A stretch of 64,000 nt of DNA from NCBI GenBank assembly GCA_010093605.1, contig MU004197.1:558001-622000 (forward strand), given 5' to 3'. The position numbers were made by a program, and so were the translations under genes. Within the stretch, counting starts at the first letter, position 1. The number at the start of each line of letters is the position of its first letter. Source of the DNA: Lophium mytilinum (Eukaryota). The notes beneath the pieces were generated by a model. The model ran no database searches and was not told where the DNA came from. It worked only from the letters and a program-made list of their open reading frames with translations. Below are positions 49,847 to 62,188 of the stretch, one piece after another.

Positions 49847-51744
49847 TGCGCCCGCTCTATGACGAAGCTACCCCGGAACCGATGGGTTCTGGATAAGAGG
49901 CTCGAGGCTCGAATTACAAAGACGGAGAATTCGGGAAGGAGTGCTGGTGCTGCTGGAGAAGGTGAGGGCGGTCTGGTCAGATGTTTCGAGGGCGTTGTTG
50001 TGAGGAAAGTGTGGGCGTAGTGGGGTTGGCGGCAGGATCAATTGGGCATATCAAGTCGCGCGCTGGGCTCCAGGGTTTGTAACGGTGACGTCCACAGAAG
50101 CTAGCTAGGAGCACAGTAGCACAGTAGCTGGCAGACAGGCGGAAAACAAAGCGTCGCGGGGTGAAGGACAGCGAGGGCGGCCGGCGGACGCAACGGTATT
50201 TATTCACAGCAGCGCAGATGCAGCTGGGCCCGTGTATCACTAAGCCTGCCTCGAGTCTTGCAAAGCTCCTAGCACATCCCAAGCAGCCGGAGCCACCAGT
50301 GCCACCCAAGTCACGATGTCCCGCTGAGGAAGCCTTTGCTAACGCCGAAACGCCCGACCCCACCAACGCACTGTCGCACTGCTTGCGATGCCACTCCCAA
50401 AATTCCCGACCTACCTACCGCGTCGCCTCTCGTGCGCTGGAGCGTGTCCCAACTGGCGCAGACGCAAGAACAGCCTGTCACCTCTGGGCCGGCGTTTGAG
50501 TATCCAACTTGTCAGACGTCGAGGCTCGGCGAGCTGTGCGCTACTGCAACCCTCCCACCAGGTCAGCGAGGCCGCCAGCTCCCACCGCCGATGAATGCCC
50601 CGATGCGCGGAACAGTAGGGAGCGCTGGAGAAACCATTGATACCCCCGATTAGCAAGCATGGGGAGCCGTGCCTATGCGGCCCACGATGCTCTAATCATC
50701 CGTGCCGAAGTAGAAAGGGACATGCATTTCCGGATGCCGTGCCTGAGATGCTCTCCATCATGCCTATAGGTCATTTGGACAGTCAGAAATCTGGGGATTC
50801 AAGCCTCAACGCTCCTATTCGTGCTTCCCCGCGTTGACCAGGGCCTAGAATGAATGCCTTTGAAACTTCCGGCGATCCTCAGGCACCCGGCGTGAATTGT
50901 CGTGAACCGAGACGGGCCAGTTTTCGTAGAAGCTGGTGGTTAGCAACAAAGCAGACAAGATCCAATCAGCGAGTGGAGGCAGTTGACTTGACTCCCGAAC
51001 GAAAGGCTGAAAATCGCTAGGAGCGGGACTTGGATATACAAGAAGCCAGCTTTACCAAACTCATGGACTGCCTTTAATACTACAATTTGTTGTTTTGAAG
51101 CATGCCTAGAGAGCTGGGAATGCGCCAGAGCGTCTGCCATTGATATGGTGCCGAAGAATGCCGTAACATCCGCCGTGAGGCTCACACTAATGGAGAAATC
51201 GGACATTGTGATAGTGGAAGCATGCTGCATGAGCGTCGTTTCAAGTAATTATGAGGTCGTGACGATGAAAAATGCAATCGAATTGATCTATATGAGGGGC
51301 TGATGAGGATTTGAGGCGCAAGACGAGAGATTGGTGATGGTCCACGCAGGCTCGGGGTCACAAAAAGTGAGACTCCGACGGTCAATGCGTTTCTGTTCAA
51401 GAATGACTTTTCGCGTATCCTTTTGTTGATAATTTACTTAGAAACTCGCAGTGTATGTAGAGCTAAGGGGTATGATTAAACGAAGCTAGTACGAAAATTA
51501 TTAGTCTATTCGTCGCTGTTCTAGACGTGTTTACGTATGGTTTTTTGGGTCAGTGCGTCGAGTCTCACTTTTTGTGACCCCGAGCCTGCCACGACGCGAG
51601 GGTCGTGGCTTGGCGCGCTAGCCCAGTCTAGGGTTTTACGCGACCCTTCGATTCCACACTCCAATTTCAAAACGGCAACGGCGAACCCACCTCCATTCCA
51701 GCAACCACCAAGACGACAACCCACGATCCCTTCAAATCGTCACA

Positions 51745-52568
51745 ATGCCGGAGGCAGGTCACAGACTGTGAGTGTACTCCCTTCCAACCCAGAGACGGCC
51801 GCTTGCAAGACTTTCAACATTTTGCGACGTCCTGGCAGCATTCCCAATGAACTCTCCGCTGACGTATCCTCTCATCTAGTTACGTGAAGGGGTGAGTTCC
51901 ATCTTCCCGTATCCCCTCAATGAGAATCCTTCCCGGTGTTCCTGGCGTCCGACGACCCAAATCTCGATTTGTTGTGGTGGAGCATACAATTTGCTGGGAC
52001 CGCACACACGGCTACAACAACATAATCCAAGGGCACCATCGACACGACCGCGACCGCGCAATTCGAGTAGACAGGCGATATCCAGAGCGAAGCTGACAAT
52101 GTCACAGCAAGCACCTCAGCTACACCCGAGGAAAGAGGAACACCAGCCCTGGCACTTCGTTGCTGAAGCTCGAGGGTGTGGATGACACAAACGCTGCCCG
52201 CTTCTACTGTAAAAGATGCCTATATCCAAAAAGTTTTTCGAGTGAAATGCTGACTCTTCGAAGGCGGAAAGCGCGTCGCGTACGTCTACCGCGCACAGAG
52301 GGAAAAGCAAGGCACCAAGATAAGGGTCATCTGGTACGCTATCCCCCAATTCTGCAAGCACCCAGCACACGCAGCATACGATCCCTCAATCTCTTTCAGC
52401 ACACAGCTATAACGCACGTTCCCGCGCACAAACTAACAATTCTACAGGGGCAAGGTCCAGCGTCCTCATGGCAACTCCGGTGTGGTCCGCGCGAAGTTCA
52501 GGTCCAATCTCCCCCCGAAGAGCTTCGGTGCGTCTGTGAGGGTCATGTTGTATCCGTCTTCGATATAG
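51745..52568 (+). CDS. RPL33: 60S ribosomal protein eL33 (L35a), five exons including a 12-nt microexon
   Basis: Spliced protein [17 protein letters not shown]...LLKLEGV...[10 protein letters not shown]...[33 protein letters not shown]. Confidence 0.92.
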
Positions 52569-53684
52569 GCAATTTTCTTCGGTCGATGATGGTGACGGCG
52601 GTCCGATGATTGGTGATGGAGGCGGGCGAGAGGTCGATGTGGGTCCCTCGAAAAGCTCAACCAGCTGGGAAGTGGAAGTTTGGTGGCTACAATATCATGC
52701 ATGCTCTGGTTCACAAAAACGGCATGCTCTCTCGGAAATGGAGTCGATTCTTTTCCACACAAACAAGAAACTTAATGGACTTGTTCCTCTCAAACCTCCC
52801 TCTAGTCTTCTGATCCGTGATCCAATATCTATCTCCTTTGTCAAAGCAGTGGAAATCGGACTACCGGCTCACCAATCTGATGTCAACCAATTGGGGTACT
52901 CCATGCGGTGGTGTCGTTCGCGCAAGAGATTCACACCGGAGCAGAGAAATAGCCGCTCAAACTTATGATCTACCACTGTCACAGCTAGGGGGTTCGGTGT
53001 AGAGGCCAACGCAGTGGAATTCAGACTACCGGCTAATCGGCCTTGACGGCTACAATATACCATTTGGGGTGCTCCTGATACTAATATCATTCGAGCAAGA
53101 GAGCTGCCCAGCTGCACAAATATAGCCGCCCAGACTTATAGCCTATGCTATCGCACTGCTCTTACTTCACTCTTGCTTGCTTGACACCACTGTGAGAGGT
53201 GCCCCGGCTATTTATTGGCTACGTCAAAAGATCAGGCAAAAGATCAGGCAAAAAGCGTCACAGTCGAGTAGTTCTACTTTGTCCAAGGCGGCCCGGAGAG
53301 CTATCAAGCTTACCAAAGTTGGTATTCCACGAAAAATAATAGCATACTGGAGAACCTCAAACGGTGCTAAATAAGTGTACATGAGCACGGGAATAGTGTA
53401 TATATACTATGCCTCGAGGATTCATAGACTGCCACTCTATATAAACACTCAATTACTGCGCTGTCTCATAGACGTGGATTCGTGATAGCAGAAACCGTCG
53501 TAGCTCCCAGTTCCTGCCTCAGGCACCCAACCACCCCCACATTATAGATCCCTGTTTACCGGTCGATCCCCGGTCTCAATCTTGCATAATTTTTAAATTT
53601 TGTGCTGTCGCAAAGACTCCTCCAATACTTTCTCAACAATCCACAACTACCATCTTTCGCGTTCCCGACCTATAGCCTACAAAC

Positions 53685-54284
53685 ATGCGCGCAAAGCCCA
53701 ACATCGTCGTCACCGGCACGCCCGGCGTAGGCAAAACGACCCACGCCGAGCTCCTCGCGCGCAACACCGGCCTCAAGCACCTCAGCATCAACGACATTGT
53801 CAAAAGCGAGAAATGCCACGAGGGATGGGATGATGAGCTAGAGACATGGATTGTCGACGAAGACAAGGTCTGTTCCCCACATTACCTAACCCCTCCCTAA
53901 TTATCTTCGCTAACTGGTCTCTCGCAATTGCAGCTCCTCGACACCCTCGAAGACCTTGTCGCTCCCGGAGGCCAGATTCTCGATTGGCACGCCTGCGACC
54001 TCTTCCCCGCGCGATGGGTGGATCTCGTGGTGGTTGTACGCTGCGACAGCACGATCTTGTATGATCGGTTGACGGCGCGGGGCTACAAGGGCAAGAAGCT
54101 GGAGGAGAATATGGATGCGGAGATCATGCAGGTGCTGCTTGAGGAGGCGCGGGAGAGCTATGAGGAGGAGATAGTGGTGGAGTTGAAGAGCGACACCGCG
54201 GAGGAGGTAGAGGGGAATGTGGAGAGGATTGAGGCGTGGATTGCGCAGTGGACGAAGGATCGGGAGGATGAGGAAGAGAATTAG
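53685..54284 (+). CDS. FAP7: Adenylate kinase 6 / Fap7
   Basis: P-loop GTPGVGKT, DWHACDLFP, LYDRLTARGY..KKLEENMDAEI; one intron at about 53868-53933. Confidence 0.92.
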
Positions 54285-54401
54285 AACGGGGCAGGCATTG
54301 AGCAGGATGGGTCAAGACAAATGGAAACGCTGTTGGATTTGGGATTGGAGATGGGACATCTCCAAGTCTATGTGAAAATGGGATATCATGAAGGAAACAG
54401 G

Positions 54402-55214
54402 TTACGATGCTGCGACATGGCCCGCTAGCCAGTCCTTCAGCTTGTCGAGCGCCTTGCCGCGGTGCGAGATCTTGTTCTTCTCCGCCTTGTCCATCTCTGC
54501 GTATGTCTTGCCTTCGTACTCGAAGCAAGAGTCCCAGCCTTTGCGAGTATCAGCGTCACAAATCGAAACCGCACGGAAAAGATTGGACATACCGAAGACC
54601 GTTGGACCTCTCGTTGCTACTAGTTTGCCGTCTGTCCTACCTTGGAAGACGATTGGCTCCGCGTCAGGGCCTTCGCAGTAGGCAAAGGTGCAGACTGCCT
54701 GAGTCGATTTGTTTTCGAAGCCGTCCAGCATTTTGTGTAGGTTTTGAGGCCCGAGGGCTAGCATGAACCATTTGCTACGAGCTGTTAGTTTGGTCTTAGA
54801 AAAGTCGCATGGAACTGAGTTCTAGCTGAGAGCTTGGAAGGCGTACATATACGGGCCCGGCAAGTCGTTCATGGCCTTGAAGCAGAGGGAAGTGTCTTCG
54901 ACGAGGACAGGGCCTTGGATCTGTGTAGCTTGTTAGCTATCTAGACTTGCAATTATACCTAAACAGAAGAAAGTCACATGACCCATCTCAGCTTGCCCAC
55001 AGATTGATGATTGCACAAGTTGGTGACCTACCAAAAGAGCAGCCCTCTTGCATTTGTCGATCGTGACCTCCTCCACTGTACCTTGGATCTCCACCAAATC
55101 CAAGTTTTGATTTCGGAGCTCGATTGAGTCACCGAGAATGGCTCTCACTTCAGCGAGCTTATTAGCATTGCCTGTGATGAAGTTGAGGTGCTTGGGAATC
55201 GTCGTTGGCGCCAT
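54402..55214 (-). CDS. HAM1: Inosine triphosphate pyrophosphatase (Ham1 family), multi-exon
   Basis: [44 protein letters not shown]. Confidence 0.93.
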
Positions 55215-55910
55215 GTTGACTGTTTCTGATGCAGGAGAATTTGGCGATTTGAAACAGCTCAAAAGGATGATAGTGGGGTTGTAGATTCTTTGCTCTTTCC
55301 GTGTCAAAAGGGCTCTTATATCTCTAGGATTGGATTTGTAAATAATCTTTCGAGTCGACTGTTTATTCCGCGTATATTGTAAGCAATTGGGTGAGTGACA
55401 GGCCTTCAATTCGTGTGGAGTGTTATGTGCATCAGATAGACTTATTACAGCAGTCGTCCCGCCCTCCGAAGACGGACGAGGGGGTCTTGGCGCGCATAGG
55501 AGACTTCAGCTGTGGCTGAGCTTATATTTGCTGATGCCATTCACACCCTTTTCCATCCTGGCAATTGCTCTGTGTATAGAAAAACTGCAGAGCTAGCCAA
55601 AGACTGAGTGGCCCATCCCTAAGCGTGCTCTTTCTGAGGACTTAGCGCTTTTCTCGAATATTGCCGTGGCTGCGTCTGTCACACCCTTTCTTTGAACGCA
55701 ACACTTGTTTCGCTGACGCCAGCGCGGGAATATCGACATTTCCACAAGTATTCCACTCTGTAGCTAAGACTCTGGCTCGATGGAATAGGTAATCAGAGTC
55801 GTTCCCTTCTCCTCAACCTCATCCCGGGTCTGAGTCTGCCCAGTCCGCCGAAGTCAGCAATACAGTCTATGGATTAGCCTCTCCGGCTGTTTCTTCCTCC
55901 TAAATTCATC

Positions 55911-57841
55911 ATGGTTTCTGCACGCAGCATCTTCTATGGCGTAAACGCGTCCAATGCAATCATAAAGCAAGGCTTCATCCCGTCATGCTGGCTTCTTCTC
56001 ACCTCTCCGTTCATCCTTCTCATAGTGCGATTTCTTAGGGTTGACATATCACCGCTTTCGATCATTCCAGAAGCCTGGAGATCATTGGAATTCATCCCTC
56101 AGGCTGTCTTCGCCTTTGTCGTTGTTGGTCTTTCGACGAGGATCCTCAGCGGCAGGGCGCCGAGATCTAACGAATTCGCGCGGCGCGTACCTGCAGTTCC
56201 ATACTGGATGCCATGGACGAAGAACCTGGAGCCGTATCTGTTATCTGATTATGGGTTTCTTCGGAGCGTCAGGTAAATAGCTCATGCTCTTCAATTATAT
56301 AGATTTTGGGTTGAGGAACGAGCTAACATGATACAGAGACTCCACCATCGACGGCATTTTCTCTTATAATCTGGCCGGAACAGTGCATCATGCCTTACTT
56401 TATCAATCTTTATCCAAGGCTGTGCTCTCACAGTCGACCTCAACCTCAGACGCGGAGACTGATGTGTGGACTATATCGCAAAATGCGCTGGCGATGCCAC
56501 AATCGGCCAAGACCCAGTATCTCAAAGCTCGTTTTGCCCTGAATAACGCATTCAAGACGGAGTTAGTGGATCAGAACAATAGGCAAGAGCTCACGAAGGA
56601 GTCTGTGAGCTCGTTGCAGTACACCCTTCCCGATCTTACCACGTTCAACTCAAGCATAGTGGATCAGATGCCGTGGGAGCGTGTAAGCGACTTGGACATA
56701 TTAGAAGACATGGAGGACACAGTCGAGACTAACCTGATGTTCGTCAACTCATTTGCATCTTCAGTTCTCTTCAGTACGCCTGAATACTAACGACCTTTGC
56801 AGGTCCTTGATCAATGAGTCCCTCTCGCCAGCAGCTCTGAACCCCATCACAGGCTCCACATTCCCAGAAAGCAACCAACTGCTTTTCGTGGATCTTTCAA
56901 CATTCTCAACTTACTTCTACGCCCTCGCGACTGGCCTTCCCCGTTTCTTCCCACTTCGTGGTTTGACACCAGCCTACCTGTCCCGCAACCGCCTCCTCCA
57001 GGCCCTCACTATCCACCACGAATCTCTCTCGTCTGGCTCCATCTCCACTGACGCCGACGCTGAGGCTCCCACCCCTCTCTCCCAGCTCGACGCTGTCATG
57101 TCGACTCACGACCTCCCCCCACCCGCCCGCGCAGCCGCTACACTTGGCTTCCTCAACCAGCTCGTTTCCTCTACCATCCCCCTTGCATTCTGGACCCTCC
57201 TCCGAATCCACGCGCAGGAGTCTCCGACTCTCCTCCCCGAGCTTCTTGCCGAAACGAAAGACTACGCGAAAGCGACGCAACCACCACCAATCCATCCCTC
57301 CTTCCCGAGCCCGACAAGCCTCACGTTTTCCACGACGCTGGCCTCGAAGTGCCCGCTTCTCACATCTTGTGTTCTCGAAACCCTACGCCTTTACGCCACG
57401 CCATCCTCCTCAAAACTCGTCACCAAAGATCTCTCCATCTCCGAAGAAAAGGAAGACGCCGTAGCTGGGGGCCTGCCTACTACCTGGCTTCTGAAAGCTG
57501 GCGATATCGTCGAGATTGGCGCGAGTGCTTGGCTGCGGAATACGGATCCTCGGCTACATCTTGACCCAAAGGCGTGGAAGCCGGAGCGTTTTGTGAACTC
57601 TTCGACGACGCTGGACGAGGCCATTGAGAGCCTGGTCGGGGAGGAAGAGGTCCTGCGGTGGGCTGTTGAGATAGTGATGGCGTTCGTGGCGGGCTTTATA
57701 CAGCTCTGGGTACTCGAGCCAAAAGGCGGAAAGGAGAAGAAGTGGAAGCTGCCGGGGGAGAGGGCGGGGAGCGTGATGGCGGTGCCACGAGGGGATATTA
57801 GGGTTCGGATACGCAAGAGGGAGATCAAGGTCACGAAATAG
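55911..57841 (+). CDS. Cytochrome P450-fold protein lacking the heme-binding Cys motif; three exons
   Basis: N-terminal hydrophobic segments, VPYWMPW, CPLLTSCVLETLRLY (ExxR), WKPERF; no FxxGxxxCxG; introns at about 56273-56336 and 56738-56803. Confidence 0.75.
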
Positions 57842-58346
57842 GTTGGTTGAGCGGGATATAGTAGCGGGCTTCGATTTTGGCATACCGGCCTTTTCATTTC
57901 GACTTAGCTACGGAAAGATTCTAAAGCACCCCAAACAGTGGCAAGTAGGCTCACTATTTACGTATGATATGTCTCTTAATCAAGCTCTCCGGGACTTTAC
58001 GAGTTATCGGACCTTTGAGGATACGCTCAAGCATCGATGTCCATTGCATCTATATCATTTCAATGGGCCCTTGTCCTTTTTAAAGAGCCCTTTCTGGGCT
58101 GATCCATCCCTCCAAAGCAGTGCCCACTAGTATACTGCTGCTTGGGGTGTCCCTCTTTCCTTCACTCTATAGCTTCACTTATTCACTTTCACTTCACTTA
58201 ATTCTCACTCCAGTCTACCTATATAAGAGTAAGTCCCATTTACTTTTCATTCTTCGGCCAAACTCATCATCGCACATCGACCTGCAAACTCCAAAGCCGA
58301 ATTCACGTCTCACTCTCACTCTAAATCTCAATCTCACCTCTCAACA

Positions 58347-58997
58347 ATGGCCGACCTCAACCTCCCTTCCGCGCCCTCTCACCCGGACTTCCCCCCCGGC
58401 GGACGTAAGATACCCTAATCTAAGAAGTGACAGACAGCATAACTGATAGAAATTTTAGCTCATCTCCACCCCGAGTACCTGGAGACACAGCACTGCGTCA
58501 ACTGCGGCATGCCGCACTACATCCTCGGCCCCAACCACGCCGATCTCCTCTGGCTCTCCCTGGAGACGGGTGAGGAGGAAGCCCCCGCCAAGCGCCGCCT
58601 AGTCTGTGAGATCCTGCGGGACAACGTCGCGAAGAAGGACTGCGAGCAGCAGATGAGCGCCAATCTCGCGCAGGCGCAGCAGCGCAATGTCGTGCACCTG
58701 CAGCAGCAGCTTGCGCAGGTGCAGGCGGAGCTCGAGCAGCTCAAGAAGCTCGCGCCGCTGGCGGCTGCGCAGCTGGGCAAGGCCCTCGATCCCGCTGCTG
58801 CGCGTGTGCTGGAGTGCCTCCACTGCTTCAAGAAGCATCTAGTTTGTGATGGTGGAATGCCCTGCTCGGAGTGTGTGGTGTTTGGACAGACCTGCCGCTA
58901 CAAGAAGTGCTATAAGTTCCATAATGTTATGCACGGCACTGTGTGCGAGAACCCGGGCTGCAGGATGGTGCATGCGGAGTTGGGGTTTGGGGCTTAG
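58347..58997 (+). CDS. Family member g8: compact full-architecture paralogue (about 198 aa, two exons)
   Basis: Exon 1 at 58347-58404 and intron 58405-58458 give ...QHCVNCGMPHY...ILRDNVAKKDC, a short coiled coil, CLHC-x6-C-DGGMP-CSEC-x6-C, then C-x11-C-x4-C-x3-H. TATA at about 58219. Confidence 0.85.
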
Positions 58998-59389
58998 TGG
59001 TGGGTGGATAGGGTGAGGTGCTTGGGTGAGGTCTTGGGGTGAGGTTTTGGGGTGGTTTCTCGGTTTCTGGTAGATATATCTTATACTATAGTCTAAAGCA
59101 CGTCTGTCTTCCTTACTAGGTAACTAGTTAGGCTGGACAAAGTGCTATAGGGCTTTGCTATTGAATGGCAGACTGGTTTCTCTTCTCTCTTACGCTTAAG
59201 ACCTTATATGCTGCAAACTTGGTTATACATGCTTAAGCTTATAGCCGAGACCTACTACCTGTTAGAATTATGCTAATATAGAGCTTACTATATTAGAGTT
59301 TTAGCAATTCAAAGTTTAATCTTATGGGTGTGCTTTCCCCTTACTTACAGTACTAGGATACAAGATTGGGCAACCGGATATAGCACTCA

Positions 59390-59729
59390 AAAGGTTTCAC
59401 TCTTGATTGCTCGATGACACCGTGGAGGGTGGACTAGCCAGCATATTTGACCACAGTTTCCACTCTTGATTGTTCCATACCACCGTGGGGAGTAGCCCAA
59501 CCAGCAAGTTTTCGGCCACGGGTTCCTCTCTTGACCGCTCAACACCACCGTACCGGGAGTCCTGCTTTCTTTTGGGGCGGCAGTTTTTAGGGAGTAGCTG
59601 TGAGGGCTACGGCAAGCGCATGGCGCCTCTTGTAAATATCCTTACCTTCCTCTAGAGCTCTCTCTCTCTGCTACATTATTATTACCCAATACATCACGAA
59701 CACGGCCTACGGCTCCCTGTTCAGCGACA
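59390..59729 (+). mobile_element. Degenerate LTR-like repeat with three internal units of about 65 bp
   Basis: CTCTTGA...CACCGT repeated at about 59395, 59458 and 59523; ends TTCAGCGACA; 3' part matches 8488-8606. Confidence 0.55.
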
Positions 59730-60904
59730 GTTCGTTTCGTAAGCCCCTTGAAAATGCTTTTCTTTTGTTCCGACTCCTCCATTGCACGCCATGAAGTCAT
59801 CGATAAAGAGACTAAAGATTCACTTGGCGTGTTACTAGATTACCATTTGCACTACCGGTAAGTCGACATCGAGGTATATTACGATGAACGAGGATATGTT
59901 CTTGTGTGGCCAGCCTGTTGTATGGTAAGACACAATGCTGTATGCTGTTGAACAAGCAAGCTGAAATAGGCTACTAAGGAAAGGCTGAGATGGTTGTCGA
60001 TGTAAGATTTTCCGGAGGGTAAAAGGTAGAAACGCTATATGTGAATACTCCGAGAACGAGAATGCTAACCTAAAGGATCCCTTTCACATTCTATGGAGAT
60101 ACCCCCGTATGCAGAGAAGAATCCAGAGACCCTGCTAGAATTGTCCACGCGGAACGGTCTCGCGATATCCTTCACGCGGTCGTAAAGCTCGCCCTTGTCT
60201 TCGTACTGAATCCATTCGCATATAAGCGGTGATTTAAAGCCAGTCTAATCTGCAAGTTTCTCTAAGCTATGGGCTCCCAGTCGTCTAATGCCCAGCTCAA
60301 TCCGACTCCTAGACCATTGCAACTGCGAGGCATCGGTGCCTCAAATCTTGCTCGCTCGTTACCACTTTCAGGAGAAGCCTAGTCAGCAGTATTCGACCAG
60401 CCAAAAGGAAACCCAATTGACTCTATCTTGACCTTAACAGCAGAGTTAATGCGTTATGAGCTTGCCATAACTTAATACCTCAAGCAGCGGTAAACCAATA
60501 TCGGCAGACTTATGTCCATTCGCGTCCCCCTGAATTCACCACTTTCCTAGCGCCAAATGCTCACTGACCTCAATCTCGCGCAAAACACCGGACGAAAGCT
60601 CGTAGAACGTCGTGGAAACTGGCCGAACAATCCACTGTCCTCCAGCGGCTGCTGCCTAACGGCCAGGTGAAGTGTCACCGCCCCTTTCTGCCGCCAGATT
60701 TGTCGCCAAGGCGCTAGTGTAAAGTCTGCCCACCGTTCCTATAAAACGCCGCCTCGCCCACCTCAAACGAAGACTTTTCACTCACCTCTTCTTCAACACC
60801 TCCTCCGCTCCCTGCTGGTTCCCTCACCTTTCGTCATCACACTGTCCATCTTCCCTCGTCTTTCTCTCCACCCCTTTGCTCCACTTCACCTCTGGATATT
60901 TGGC

Positions 60905-61220
60905 ATCTCGGCCAGGGGAGTGCCGGGACAGGCGCTTACCTGGCGGCTAACACGGCGTTACCACTTGATGGACGCCGTGGCGAGGAAACCCGGACACATT
61001 CGAAGCGGCTAGGTCGGGCGCCCAGGGAGTCTCCGTGCAGGTCATTGCCTGGCGGCTTAACACGGGCGGACCACTTGATGGCGTCTGTGACGAGGAAACC
61101 CGGTCGAATCCCGTCGACAAAAATGGCCTCTCGGGGGCCTGGGGAGTTTCCGTGGCAGGGTCTTTACCTGGCGGTCAACACATCGCGACCACTTGATGGG
61201 CGGCGTGACGAGGAAAGGTG
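60905..61220. repeat. GC-rich tandem repeat, three units of about 110-120 bp
   Basis: CCTGGCGG..AACAC..ACCACTTGATGG..GTG(G/A)CGAGGAAA at about 60939, 61048 and 61167. Confidence 0.8.
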
Positions 61221-62188
61221 GTCGATGGGGGAGGATGGGAACTTTTCGACGCAGGCGGTACCGACCGTAGGACGACTTTGGGACAGGCACTGGCAGGGCA
61301 GGCTGCTTCCATCAGGAAGAGGAGGACCATGGGACAGCTCAATGGCAGGGCGGGCTGGTTCCATTAGAAAGAGGGGGCATTGGTTGTCTAGCTTTACGCT
61401 GGACACTGAAGTCTCCTCCTTGAGCTCCGGCTTAGGATTTCGTAGATAGCTAACTTGAATATGAACCATGCTCTCACTGCCTACTGCTGCTTATGTGCCT
61501 GTGCATCCTGAAGACTGCCGGAAGGTTGTTGGCCTTCGCGACGTTCAATAGTGATAGTGTTGACATTGACATTGAAGGACGTGACGAGAAGAACTCACAG
61601 CTCCACCCCTGTATTCTCCTAGTTCCCTGACTCATATACTCCGATACGGGCCTCTTACAATACGTACTCCCAGCCTGTATGCTTGTTTTGATGGCGTTCC
61701 TACTCTTCCAGCCAGCAGCCGCCACGCCCCGTTCCACGCGTTCCAGTCAGAGTCGTGGCAAGCCCGTCCTTGGCTTACTTGCGGCATTAGTCTCCATCAG
61801 CAAGCCGTCCACCGACAAAGATCGATACCTGTGTCCTCCTACATTGAGACTCCCGGGGTCCGTCGAACGAAGCCACAGCTCTGCTCTGTCCCCGCCCCCT
61901 CTTGCGCGCGCGACACCACCGTGGGGAGCAGCTCAGTCATCCGCCAGTTAGGCAGTCTAAATGTAGCTCGATTTCCACGATGTGAAAGTTTACGTGGAAG
62001 CCTCCGCTGTTGAATCTGAGATGTGTTTCGACTACCTACATACTGCTGCTCACATGCTCGTGGATCTTTGACATTACAAATATCGTGACATTGATGGCTG
62101 ACTCGACTCATTACGACGTCATTGGATATATACTCACAACGTCCGAAGGGTTCTTCAAACGCTTGCCAAACCGATAGACCATCCCACC

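Noticed and set aside
60960..61220. Tandem hammerhead ribozymes (TTGATGG...GAAAC)
   Set aside because: The core departs from CUGANGA in every copy and stems I and III are not evident.
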